A DNA stretch of 64,000 bases from positions 3,743 to 67,742 of the forward strand of contig JACQQX010000054.1 of NCBI GenBank assembly GCA_016206805.1, in the 5' to 3' direction. Shown one piece after another: positions 55,317 through 64,000 of this stretch (position 1 is the first letter of the stretch; each line of letters begins with the position of its first letter). The DNA is from Candidatus Omnitrophota bacterium. GTDB taxonomy: Bacteria; Omnitrophota; Gorgyraeia; 2-02-FULL-51-18. The position numbers were made by a program, and so were the translations under genes. The notes below the pieces were generated by a model that saw only the letters and a program-made list of their open reading frames with translations, searched no databases and was not told where the DNA came from.

Positions 55317-57809
55317 TTACTTGGCGCCGGCGGCGCTTTTGGCTCCCTGTTCAAAGACGAGCTTGTCCTCACCCTCCCGAACCGTGACGTGAATGATTTC
55401 ATTCGGCCGGATCTTGCGGGCAAGCAGTTCCTCGGCAATCGGATCTTCGAGGTATTTTTGCAATGTCCGGCGAAGCGGCCGCGCGCCGTACATGACGTCA
55501 AACCCCTTGGAAATAAGGAATTCCTTGGCTTTTGAATCCAGAGCCAACTCGATGCCGCGCTCGCTCAGACGCTTGGAAAACTGGCTGATCTCGATATCGA
55601 CTATCTTCAGAAGCTCTTCGCGGGACAGTCTTTGGAAAACAATGATGTCATCCACGCGGTTGAGAAACTCCGGCTTGAATGTCTTTTTCATTTCTTCCAA
55701 CAACCGGCCCTTCATGTCCTTATAGTCGCCCGAAAGCTCCTGCGCTTTGAAACCGATGCTCCCCTGCTTGCGCAAAAGATCGGCGCCCACATTGGATGTC
55801 ATGATCAAAAGCACGTTGCGGAAGTCCACCTTGCGGCCCAGCGAATCGGTGAGGCGGCCTTCTTCCATCACCTGGAGCAGCATATTGAACACATCCGGAT
55901 GCGCTTTTTCGATTTCATCCAAAAGCACGATGCAGTACGGTCGGCGGCGGACCCGCTCAGTGAGCTGACCCCCCTCTTCATAACCCACATAGCCGGGAGG
56001 CGCGCCCACCAAACGCGAGACGTTGAATTTTTCCATGTATTCGGACATGTCAAAACTGATCAGCGCGTTCTCGTCGTTGAAGAGAAACTCCGCCAGCGCG
56101 CGGGCCAAAAGCGTTTTACCCACACCCGTGGGCCCCAGGAAAATAAAAGATCCGATCGGCCGGCGGGGATCTTTGAGTCCCGCACGGGATCGGCGCACCG
56201 CGTGCGCGATGGATGAAATGGCTTCCTCCTGCCCGACCACCCGCTTGCGCAGCTCGTCTTCGACGCGCAGGAGCCTGGCGGTTTCCTTTTCTTCCAGACG
56301 CGAAACCGGAATGCCGGTCGACTTGGAAATAATGCGGGCAATTTCCTCTTCGCCGATCTCCAGCTCAATCTTGGAGCGCGACTCCATCCATTCTTTTTTG
56401 GATTTTTCCGCGAGGCGCTTGGCTTCACGCTCCTGGTCTCTCAAAGCGGCCGCTTTTTCAAAATCCTGCTCTTTGATGGTGTCTTCTTTTTCCTTTTTGA
56501 GCATTTCAAGCTTCTTCTCAAGCTCTTTGATCTCGGGGGGCGCCGTATGCGTGGAAAGCCGCGCGTGCGCTCCCGCCTCATCAATCAAATCGATGGCTTT
56601 ATCGGGTAAAAACCGGCCGGCGATGTACCGGTCGGAGAGCTTGGCCGCCGCTTCCAAAGCCGCGTCGAGAATTCTGACCTTATGATGAGCTTCATATTTG
56701 TCGCGAAGTCCGCGGAGAATTTGAATGGTTTCCTCAACCGATGGCGGATCCACCATGATGGTTTGAAAGCGCCGTTCAAGGGCCGTGTCTTTTTCGATGT
56801 ATTTGCGGTATTCATCGAGTGTGGTCGCGCCGATGCACTGGATCTCGCCGCGCGCCAGCGCCGGTTTCAGGATATTGGAGGCGTCGATAGCGCCCTCCGC
56901 GCCGCCGGCCCCGACCAATGTGTGCAATTCATCGATGAACAGAATAATATTTTCCGAGCGCTTGATTTCATCCATCACGGCCTTGATGCGTTCTTCAAAC
57001 TGGCCGCGGTATTTGGTTCCGGCCACCATCAGCGCCAGATCCAGCGTAATCACTCTCTTGTTTCTTAAGATTTCGGGCACGTCGCCGCTAAATACTTTTT
57101 GGGCCAGTCCTTCGACAATAGCGGACTTTCCGACACCGGCCTCCCCCAGTAAAACAGGATTATTTTTACGCCGACGCGAAAGCGTTTGCATCACACGCTC
57201 GATTTCATCCTCACGGCCAATCACCGGATCCAGTTTTCCTTCCCGCGCAAGCTTGGTCAGGTCCCGCCCAAAAGCGTCCAACGCGGGCGTTTTTGTTTTT
57301 CCCGTGGAAGTCGGTCCGCCGCCGCTGGGAGGCGCTTGCGGCGTGGAAGGCCCAAATTGAGAACCGGGAGTAGTGGAACCCAAAAGCTTGATGACTTCTT
57401 CGCGGACCTTCTCAAGATCGAGGCCCATATTCATAAAAACCTGGCTGGCGACGCCTTCGCCTTCGCGAATCAAGCCCAGCAGCAAATGTTCGGTGCCGAT
57501 ATAATTATGACCCAGCGTTCTGGCCTCTTCCATGGCCAATTCCATCACTTTTTTGGCTTTGGGGGTAAACGGCAGGTCGCCCGAAACAACGGTAGCGGGT
57601 CCGACCTGAACAAGCTTCTCGACTTCCAGGCGGATGTTATTGAGATTCATTCCAAGGCTTTGCAGAACCGCGGCGGCCACCCCTTCCCCTTCCCTCAAAA
57701 GCCCCAGGAGGATGTGCTCGGTTCCGATATAATCATGATTAAAACGCTTGGCCTCTTGCTTGGCCAGAAGAATGACTTTCCGCGCGCGCTCAGTAAATTT
57801 ATTGAACAT
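55317..57809 (-). CDS. clpC: ATP-dependent Clp protease ATP-binding subunit ClpC
   Basis: 830 aa. Double Clp_N repeat, two AAA+ modules ([16 protein letters not shown]) and a middle UVR motif ([11 protein letters not shown]). Confidence 0.93.
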   Translation of the reverse strand: MFNKFTERARKVILLAKQEAKRFNHDYIGTEHILLGLLREGEGVAAAVLQSLGMNLNNIRLEVEKLVQVGPATVVSGDLPFTPKAKKVMELAMEEARTLGHNYIGTEHLLLGLIREGEGVASQVFMNMGLDLEKVREEVIKLLGSTTPGSQFGPSTPQAPPSGGGPTSTGKTKTPALDAFGRDLTKLAREGKLDPVIGREDEIERVMQTLSRRRKNNPVLLGEAGVGKSAIVEGLAQKVFSGDVPEILRNKRVITLDLALMVAGTKYRGQFEERIKAVMDEIKRSENIILFIDELHTLVGAGGAEGAIDASNILKPALARGEIQCIGATTLDEYRKYIEKDTALERRFQTIMVDPPSVEETIQILRGLRDKYEAHHKVRILDAALEAAAKLSDRYIAGRFLPDKAIDLIDEAGAHARLSTHTAPPEIKELEKKLEMLKKEKEDTIKEQDFEKAAALRDQEREAKRLAEKSKKEWMESRSKIELEIGEEEIARIISKSTGIPVSRLEEKETARLLRVEDELRKRVVGQEEAISSIAHAVRRSRAGLKDPRRPIGSFIFLGPTGVGKTLLARALAEFLFNDENALISFDMSEYMEKFNVSRLVGAPPGYVGYEEGGQLTERVRRRPYCIVLLDEIEKAHPDVFNMLLQVMEEGRLTDSLGRKVDFRNVLLIMTSNVGADLLRKQGSIGFKAQELSGDYKDMKGRLLEEMKKTFKPEFLNRVDDIIVFQRLSREELLKIVDIEISQFSKRLSERGIELALDSKAKEFLISKGFDVMYGARPLRRTLQKYLEDPIAEELLARKIRPNEIIHVTVREGEDKLVFEQGAKSAAGAK

Positions 57810-57939
57810 GAATCTTCTCCTTCACCACTATATTACAACAAAACTGTCATCTCGAGGAGCGCTTTTTGCGACGAGAGATCTTGTTCTTGTGTTCTTTAAA
57901 GAAGATTTCTCGGCCTTTGGCCTCGAAATGACAATGTGG

Positions 57940-58995
57940 CTAACGGCCTTCGAGACGGCGGCGGATCAGATTGGCCCGCTTCACGTCCCGCTGGGCCGAA
58001 CTCAAAACCTTGCCTTCGATTTTTTGCAGATGGGCCGGCTGCGTCAGGATAAAAAGCTCGTTCACCGCGCGGCGGTCAATGTCATTGATCAACCCCATAT
58101 CCACGCCCAAGCGCACCATGGACAGCAAACTCATGGTTTCTTTGGTGTTGATGATGTAGGCGCTGCGCAAAGCCCCGTTGGCGCGCCAAATCTTATCCTG
58201 CAGCGTCTCGCGGTTTTGCTTCATCAATGTCTTTCGCGCGTTTTCTTCATGACCGATGACCTGGCGGATGATGCGCTCCAGATTATCGATGATGTCTTCC
58301 TCGGCGGAGCCTAGCGTCACTTGATTGGAGATCTGAAAAAAATTGCCTTCGGCCTCGGTGCCCTCTCCGTACAGTCCCCGCGCCGTCATGCCGAGTTTCG
58401 TGATGGCCTGCAGCACGCGGCTGATTTGCTTGGTCATCACCAGCGCCGGCAAATGCAGCATCACCGAAGCGCGCAGTCCTGTGCCGGCATTGGTCGGGCA
58501 GGCGGTCAAGTACCCCCAGTCGTCCTGATACGCGAACTTCACTTTTTTATGCAGCGAGTCGTCCAACCGGCTGGCGATGCGCCAACATTCCTGGAGATTG
58601 AATCCCGACTGCATGACCTGAATCCGCAAATGATCTTCTTCGTTGATCATAATGCTGATGATTTCCTTGTCGCCGACGACAACGGCTTTGTAATCGGGGT
58701 GCAGAATCTGTTCGCGGCTGATCAGATGGCGTTCCAGGAGAAATTGCTTGTCCACATCGTCCACTTCGGACATCCGGATGGCCAGCGCCGAGCGCGTCAG
58801 TTCCGTGCCCGCCAAAGCGGTTTCCAGGATTTCGAGCGCTTCCTTTTCCAGCTTCTTGCTGGCCCAATGCGAAAAAGGCATTTTCTCAAGATTGCGCGCC
58901 AGGCGGATGCGCGAACTCATCACGATGTCGGAGTTGGGGCCGGTCCCCCGCAGCCATTCGCAGGTGTGCTTCAGAAGATGATCGATATTGGTCAT
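57940..58995 (-). CDS. mcsB: protein arginine kinase McsB
   Basis: 351 aa. Phosphagen-kinase fold motifs (SSRIRLARNL, EEDHLRIQ, CPTNAGTGLRASVMLHLP). ATGA overlap with mcsA. Confidence 0.88.
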   Translation of the reverse strand: MTNIDHLLKHTCEWLRGTGPNSDIVMSSRIRLARNLEKMPFSHWASKKLEKEALEILETALAGTELTRSALAIRMSEVDDVDKQFLLERHLISREQILHPDYKAVVVGDKEIISIMINEEDHLRIQVMQSGFNLQECWRIASRLDDSLHKKVKFAYQDDWGYLTACPTNAGTGLRASVMLHLPALVMTKQISRVLQAITKLGMTARGLYGEGTEAEGNFFQISNQVTLGSAEEDIIDNLERIIRQVIGHEENARKTLMKQNRETLQDKIWRANGALRSAYIINTKETMSLLSMVRLGVDMGLINDIDRRAVNELFILTQPAHLQKIEGKVLSSAQRDVKRANLIRRRLEGR

Positions 58996-59540
58996 ACTTT
59001 GGTATGCTCTTTCAATTTCTTTTCGAGAAATTTGATCTTGTCCCGCAGCGCCGCCGCCTCTTCAAACTCCTCATTCTTGATCGCCCGGGTCAGATCTATT
59101 TTGGCCTGGTCCAGATCCCCGCGCAGCTTGTCGGATACTTTCAAGTCCTTGATCACCGTGGGACTGGGCGATTTGCCCACATGCTGATTGGCGCCGTGGA
59201 TTCTTTTTAAAAGCGGCGTGAGGCTGGCCTTGAAAGAAACGTAGCAATCACTGCACCCCAAGCGCCCCACTTTTTTAAAATCTTCGTAAGAAAGCCCGCA
59301 ATTGGGACATTTGTTTTTAGGGAGCGGCCCGGCCTGGACACCTGAAACGCTGGGAGTTGCGGGCTGGGTTTCCACATCCGATAACGCCGACAGGAGGTCC
59401 GCTATTCCAAAATGCTGCTCGGCTTCAGAGCCTTTGGTTTTGGCGCATCCCTCACAAAGGTTGAGCTTGGTGATTTGCTCGTTGATGATTTCGGTCAGAT
59501 GAACCGTCGCTTTATTTTTGCCGCATTCGTCACACAGCAT
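58992..59540 (-). CDS. mcsA: McsA-like activator (Cys-rich zinc fingers plus UVR motif)
   Basis: 182 aa. CDECGKNKA...CEGC, CPNCG...CSDC and a C-terminal UVR EEFEEAAALRDKIKFLE. Confidence 0.8.
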   Translation of the reverse strand: MLCDECGKNKATVHLTEIINEQITKLNLCEGCAKTKGSEAEQHFGIADLLSALSDVETQPATPSVSGVQAGPLPKNKCPNCGLSYEDFKKVGRLGCSDCYVSFKASLTPLLKRIHGANQHVGKSPSPTVIKDLKVSDKLRGDLDQAKIDLTRAIKNEEFEEAAALRDKIKFLEKKLKEHTKV

Positions 59541-60414
59541 GCGTGATTCGCACTCCCTCTTTGGACGTGAGCTTGTGGAATTCCCTGCTCAAGCGCAGCG
59601 TCGTCTTGCCGGGCTTGCCGGCGCCAATCATGCGGTTGTCAATGTTGGCCACGGGCACGATTTCAGCGGCAGTGCCGGTCAGGAAAACCTCGTCGGCGGT
59701 GTACAAATCATGACGGGTAAAAATGTCCTCGCGCACGGCGAACTCCAGTCTGCGCGCCAAACGCATTACCGTGTCACGCGTGATTCCTTTTAAAATACCC
59801 ACATAAGGCGGCGGGGTGACAATCTCTTTTCCCTTCACGTAAAAAATATTCTCCCCCGTGCATTCGGTGACATAGCCTTGGGCGTTCAAAAGAATGCCCT
59901 CATCCACGCCGGCATTGGTCGCTTCAATCTTGGCCAGAATATTGTTCAGATAATTCAGCGTCTTAAGCTGCGGGTTGAGCGCTTCCGGATGGTTGCGCAC
60001 CGTCGGCACGGTGACCAGCGTCAAACCCTTGTCGTAATAGGCCTTGGGATACAGCGCGATTTTATCCGTGATGATGAAAATGCCGGCCTTGGGACACTTC
60101 CTCGGGTCAAGGCCCAGATCGCCCACGCCGCGCGTCACGACAAGGCGAATATAAGCGTCTTTCAAACCATTGGCCTTCAAAGTCTCGATCACCGCTCGCG
60201 CCATTTCGTCCCGGGAGAGCGGGATCTCAAGCATCAGCGTGTGGGCCGACTCATAAAGACGATCGATATGCTCGCGCAATTTAAACACAAGGCCATCATA
60301 AGAACGGATCCCTTCAAAAACACCGTCGCCGTACAAAAGTCCGTGATCAAAAACGCTGACACGCGCCTCGCTTTTGTCGACCAATTTCCCATCCATATAA
60401 ATTTTAAGGCTCAT
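59530..60414 (-). CDS. ilvE: branched-chain amino acid aminotransferase (class IV)
   Basis: 294 aa. FDHGLLYGDGVFEGIR...GITR...TGTAAEIVPV. Confidence 0.9.
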   Translation of the reverse strand: MSLKIYMDGKLVDKSEARVSVFDHGLLYGDGVFEGIRSYDGLVFKLREHIDRLYESAHTLMLEIPLSRDEMARAVIETLKANGLKDAYIRLVVTRGVGDLGLDPRKCPKAGIFIITDKIALYPKAYYDKGLTLVTVPTVRNHPEALNPQLKTLNYLNNILAKIEATNAGVDEGILLNAQGYVTECTGENIFYVKGKEIVTPPPYVGILKGITRDTVMRLARRLEFAVREDIFTRHDLYTADEVFLTGTAAEIVPVANIDNRMIGAGKPGKTTLRLSREFHKLTSKEGVRITHAV

Positions 60415-60435
60415 AAAACTCCTTACGAAGACGTT

Positions 60436-60545
60436 AATGCAAAATTTGAAATGAAAAATGTAAAAAATGGAGTCCCTTCGGGACTTATAATGAAAGCCGC
60501 GCCAGCGGCTCCTTATTTTTCATTTCGCATTTTTCACTTTGCATT
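60436..60545 (+). repeat. Family R2 palindromic element, copy d
   Basis: AATGCAAAATTTGAAATGAAAAATGTAAAAAATGG-AGTCCCTTCGGGACT-...-AGCCGCGCCAGCGGCT-CCTTATTTTTCATTTCGCATTTTTCACTTTGCATT. Lies in the lolD-ilvE spacer. Confidence 0.85.
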
Positions 60546-60586
60546 GTCTGTTCCAAATTTTGCATGCATTGTCTGTTCCAAATTTT
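60541..60586. repeat. tandem duplication of the 21-nt unit GCATTGTCTGTTCCAAATTTT
   Basis: Units at 60541..60561 and 60566..60586, separated by GCAT. They directly follow R2d. Confidence 0.85.
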
Positions 60587-60596
60587 ACACTTGATT

Positions 60597-61274
60597 CTAC
60601 TTCCATTTTCCCGTAACGATGTCCCATACGCGATGGGCCATTCTAGCAATTCTTTCATCATGAGTCACTATCAATACTGTCTTTGCCTCTTTGACGAAAA
60701 AATCCCGCAATAGCTCGGCGACGCCTGTCCCGGAAACAGGGTCCAGGTTGCCGGTAGGCTCGTCGCAAAAAAGAATGTCGGGGTCGTTCATCAGCGCGCG
60801 CGCGATTGCCGTCCGCTGCTGTTCTCCCCCGGAAAGTTCCGTCGGAAAATGCGTCAGGCGATGGCCCAGCCCCACACGTTCCAAAAGCGATGAAGCCTTT
60901 TGCCGCGCGGCCCTGCGGACTTGGCGATCGCCATGAATCAAGGCCGGAAACATCACATTCTCGAGCGCTGAAAACTCCGATAGCAGATGATAAAATTGGA
61001 AGACAAAGCCGATTTTTTTCGCGCGTAACTCGGCGCGGCAGGATTCCGGCAGCCGGTGAATGTCCGATCCCAATAAATGAACTTTTCCCGACGTCGGCCG
61101 GTCAAGACCGGAGACAATATTTAAAAGCGTGGTCTTCCCGGATCCCGAAGGGCCTAAAATCGCCACGCCCTCCCCCTTGCGGACGGAAAACGTAATGTCT
61201 TTTAAAATTTCAAGACGTTTCCGCCCGTCGGGGTAAGCCTTGCCCACGCCCCGAACTTCAAGAACGTCACTCAT
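60597..61274 (-). CDS. lolD: lipoprotein-releasing ABC transporter ATP-binding protein LolD-like
   Basis: 225 aa. GPSGSGKTT, LSGGEQQR and ILFCDEPTGNLD motifs. Confidence 0.85.
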   Translation of the reverse strand: MSDVLEVRGVGKAYPDGRKRLEILKDITFSVRKGEGVAILGPSGSGKTTLLNIVSGLDRPTSGKVHLLGSDIHRLPESCRAELRAKKIGFVFQFYHLLSEFSALENVMFPALIHGDRQVRRAARQKASSLLERVGLGHRLTHFPTELSGGEQQRTAIARALMNDPDILFCDEPTGNLDPVSGTGVAELLRDFFVKEAKTVLIVTHDERIARMAHRVWDIVTGKWK

Positions 61275-62448
61275 AACGAAGCGCTTTCACCGGATCCAGC
61301 CGCGCGGCCATCACCGCTGGGTAAAGTGCCGACAAAAAACTCAAGGCCAGCGCCACCGCGATCACCCACGCGGTATCCGCGGGATCCATGCTCACTGGCA
61401 GCTTATCCATGTAATAAATCTCTCGCGGCAGGTCGATAAACGAATATTTCTTGAGCAGCGCGCAAAGCCCGATCCCCACACCGCAGCCGGTCAAGGCGCC
61501 GATGCCGCCGATGAGAAACCCGTCGATGGCAAATATGGCCATGAGGCTGAAAGGCTTGGCTCCCAACGCCTTTAAAACGCCTATGTCTTTAGTCTTGTCC
61601 ATCACTAAAATCGTGAGGCTTCCGGCGATATTGAGGCAAGCCACAAAAATAATCAGCGCCAGAATCAAAAACATCACCATTTTTTCAAGCTGCAGCGCTC
61701 CGAAAAGCGTTTTATTGGTTTCCATCCAGGTGCGGACGATATAGGGAAAGCCCAGGAGATCCTGGATCTGGCCTTTGACACTTTTGGCGTCTTCCGGATT
61801 TTTTAAAGCGATGGAAAGGCCCCGCGTGCTATTTTTGAAATCGAATAACGCCGAAGCGCTTTCCCAGTTGAGAAAAATAAGATTGGCGTCAAACTCATAC
61901 ATGCCGGAAGAGAAAACGCCCTCCACCACAAAAGGGGCCGGTTTTTTCTTCATTTGCGTCACCAGCCCGACTTGAGATCCCATCTTGATGCCCATGCGCT
62001 TTTTAAGCTCCGAGCCGATCACCACCCCTCCCGGAACGTCGCTCAATGTTCCATCCACCAGATAATCGTAGAACTTGGAAACGTTTTTTTCCTTTGGAGG
62101 GTCAATGCCGCGAACGAGGACTCCGCTGCTCCACTGCTGGTTTTGAATCAGCGCCTGTCCTTCGATAAAAGGCGCCATCTGCGCGATGCCGCCAATAGCC
62201 GCCAGCCGCTCGGCCACTTCCTCCGTTTCATCGAAAACCCCGTCTTTTTCCAGCACCAGATGCGCGCGGGTGCCGATAATGCGGGATTTGAGCTCTTCGT
62301 CGAAGCCGTTCATGACGGCAAGCACGGTGATGAGGGCGGCGACACCCACGGTAATGCCCAGGATGGAAATGGTGCTGATCACTCCGACAAAAGGATGGCG
62401 GCGCTTAGACCAGATATAGCGCCGGGCGATGAGCCACTCGTAAGTCAT
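61267..62448 (-). CDS. lolC: lipoprotein-releasing system permease LolC/E family (MacB-FtsX fold)
   Basis: 393 aa. IARRYIWSKRRHPFVGVISTISILGITVGVAALITVLAVMNGF is typical of LolC/E. C-terminal FtsX domain. Confidence 0.85.
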   Translation of the reverse strand: MTYEWLIARRYIWSKRRHPFVGVISTISILGITVGVAALITVLAVMNGFDEELKSRIIGTRAHLVLEKDGVFDETEEVAERLAAIGGIAQMAPFIEGQALIQNQQWSSGVLVRGIDPPKEKNVSKFYDYLVDGTLSDVPGGVVIGSELKKRMGIKMGSQVGLVTQMKKKPAPFVVEGVFSSGMYEFDANLIFLNWESASALFDFKNSTRGLSIALKNPEDAKSVKGQIQDLLGFPYIVRTWMETNKTLFGALQLEKMVMFLILALIIFVACLNIAGSLTILVMDKTKDIGVLKALGAKPFSLMAIFAIDGFLIGGIGALTGCGVGIGLCALLKKYSFIDLPREIYYMDKLPVSMDPADTAWVIAVALALSFLSALYPAVMAARLDPVKALRYE

Positions 62449-62483
62449 GCTGAAAATACTTCGGTGTTCGTCATGCGTCCGAC

Positions 62484-62593
62484 GGTAACGAAGCCCGTAT
62501 CGTCAAGCGGTTGCGTTTTGCGTGTTTGACTTCGACGATGCCGCGGCCGCATACCGATACGGGCTTCGTTACCGCAACCGATCAACGCTACCG
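62484..62593. repeat. Family R4 palindromic element, copy b
   Basis: A perfect 19-bp stem: GGTAACGAAGCCCGTATCG (62484..62502) pairs with CGATACGGGCTTCGTTACC (62555..62573). Shared inner box TCAAGCGGTTGCGT. It contains the lysS stop codon. Confidence 0.85.
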
Positions 62594-63996
62594 GACTTCA
62601 TCTGGGGAAAAAGAATGACTTCCCTGATGGAGGACTGCCCCGTGAGAATCATCACCAGCCGGTCAACGCCGATCCCCAGCCCTCCGGCCGGCGGCATGCC
62701 GTGTTCCAATGCGGTGAGAAAATCTTCATCCACTTCCTGGGAAGTGGCTTCCTTGCCTTTTTCGCGAAGCTCTTCCCGAAAACGCTCCCTTTGATCAATG
62801 GGATCATTGAGCTCGGAATAACCGTTGGCCACTTCCATGCCGCCGATGTAAAGCTCGAAACGCTCGCTCAAGGCGGGATTTTTTTTATTCTTCTTGGCCA
62901 GTGGACTGAGCTCCGTAAAATAGTCCGTCACAAAAACAGGGTGATTCTTTTTCTCGCCCGGATCCAAAAGCTCGCCCACGATATTGATGATTTGGGTGCG
63001 GGAAAGATCCTTGCCTTCGATTTTCACGCCTTTTTTCTTGAGCTTTTCCGCCCACAGCTCGATCGGGTCGTCCGGTTGGATGCCGAACGAATCTTTCATG
63101 AGGTCCGCGAAAGACACGCGATCCCATTGCCCCAACTCTGCGGAACTGCCGGAGTCTTTCACCGCCTGCCTGATCAACGTTTCGGTCAGCGCCATCACGT
63201 CATTCACATCATGATAGGCCGTATACACTTCAAGCATGGTGAACTCGGGATTGTGGCGGGTCGAAATGCCTTCGTTGCGGAAACTTTTATTGATTTCATA
63301 AACCTTGTCGAACCCGCCCACCAGAAGTTTTTTCAAATAAAGCTCCGGCGCCACGCGCAAATAAAGATCCCTATTGAGCGCTTCGTGATGCGTTTTAAAA
63401 GGCTTGCCGGCCGCGCCCCCCGGGATGGGATGCATCATCGGCGTTTCGACTTCGAGATAATTTTGTTCATCCAGCGTTCTACGCAGCGAGCGGACCACCA
63501 AGGCGCGTTTTTTAAAAATAGCTTTGATTTCGTCGTTGGACGCCAGGTCCAGATAACGCTGGCGGTAACGGGTTTCGACGTCCTTCAGGCCATGCCATTT
63601 TTCGGGCAAGGGTCTGAGGCTTTTGGATAAAATCGTGAGTTTTTGAACGCGGATTGAAATCTCGCCGGTTTTTGTCTTAAAAAGCTCTCCTTCAACACCG
63701 AGAATATCGCCGATGTCCAGCGCGTCAAAAAGTTTCTTCTCATTGTCGGAAAGGTTTTCGCCCTTGACAAATAGCTGAATCCGGCCGGTCTCGTCTTTCA
63801 AGTCGCAAAAAGCGGTCTTGCCCATGAGCCGCAGGGCCGTCATCCGCCCGGCCGTCCGCGCTTTTTTATTCTCTTCAAAAGAAGAAACCACGTCCGCGAT
63901 GAAAGCGTCTTTCAAAAACTTCCCGCCAAAAGGCTCCAGCCCCAAAGCCTTCACAGCCTCGAGCTTTTTGAGTCGCTCTTTCATCAAATCATTCAA
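62569..63996 (-). CDS. lysS: lysine--tRNA ligase (class II)
   Basis: 475 aa. OB-fold N-domain and class II motifs (FRNEGISTRHNPEFTMLE, GGLGIGVDRLVM). The last codons ...SGSVDRLR* lie in repeat R4b. Confidence 0.95.
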   Translation of the reverse strand: MNDLMKERLKKLEAVKALGLEPFGGKFLKDAFIADVVSSFEENKKARTAGRMTALRLMGKTAFCDLKDETGRIQLFVKGENLSDNEKKLFDALDIGDILGVEGELFKTKTGEISIRVQKLTILSKSLRPLPEKWHGLKDVETRYRQRYLDLASNDEIKAIFKKRALVVRSLRRTLDEQNYLEVETPMMHPIPGGAAGKPFKTHHEALNRDLYLRVAPELYLKKLLVGGFDKVYEINKSFRNEGISTRHNPEFTMLEVYTAYHDVNDVMALTETLIRQAVKDSGSSAELGQWDRVSFADLMKDSFGIQPDDPIELWAEKLKKKGVKIEGKDLSRTQIINIVGELLDPGEKKNHPVFVTDYFTELSPLAKKNKKNPALSERFELYIGGMEVANGYSELNDPIDQRERFREELREKGKEATSQEVDEDFLTALEHGMPPAGGLGIGVDRLVMILTGQSSIREVILFPQMKSGSVDRLR

Positions 63997-64000
63997 TGGC

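Noticed and set aside
19259-60545. Whether the R2 copies, or any other repeat family, form a CRISPR array.
   Set aside because: Copies are 1-30 kb apart and each sits alone in a different intergenic spacer. The units are longer than 100 bp and internally palindromic. There is no regular repeat-spacer periodicity and no cas genes in the window.

Overview
The window is a 64-kb chromosomal segment of a diderm (LPS-making) bacterium, probably from a poorly characterised lineage. Coding density is very high. I call 68 CDS and 67 of them lie on the minus strand. I found no rRNA, tRNA or CRISPR array by eye.

Gene content, from low to high coordinates:
- A Kdo/lipid A/inner-core LPS super-cluster: kdsC-kdsD-kdsA-pyrG-kdsB-heptose kinase, then four GT9 domains, a deacetylase, GT4-GT9 and LpxL-ELM1 fusion proteins, lpxK and waaA.
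- xerC, topA and dprA.
- Shikimate genes (aroK, aroC, aroE) with a prepilin peptidase between them.
- Branched-chain amino acid genes (leuA, ilvC, ilvN, ilvB, and later ilvE).
- alr-tsaB-tsaE-thiL-tatD-cysteine desulfurase.
- metG-holB-tmk-cysS-cysE-ispF-ispD-yacL.
- mlaDFE plus an unknown secreted protein.
- clpC-mcsB-mcsA, lolDC and lysS.

Accessory content:
- Five type II toxin-antitoxin pairs: BrnTA x2, MazEF, AbrB/RelE-like and RHH/RelE.
- A RayT-type HUH tyrosine transposase bounded by perfect 20-bp inverted repeats.
- A 3.6-kb islet carrying an autotransporter (the only plus-strand gene) and a lipoprotein hydrolase. It is bracketed by a duplicated alr 3' end.
- A 1.1-kb cupin-mazEF segment bracketed by a 67-bp duplication.

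Most unusual observations:
- A bona fide ThiS-like domain (ending VGGG) is fused in frame, with no stop codon, to DNA topoisomerase I.
- At least four unrelated families of long palindromic intergenic elements fill most operon-internal spacers. Several of them supply the stop codon and C-terminal tail of the upstream gene or abut the start codon of the downstream gene. One family shows compensatory base changes in two hairpins.
- GGGGTC short-repeat clusters with a 27-nt motif sit at cassette borders.

All calls come from reading the ORF translations and the sequence by eye. No database search or statistic was run.
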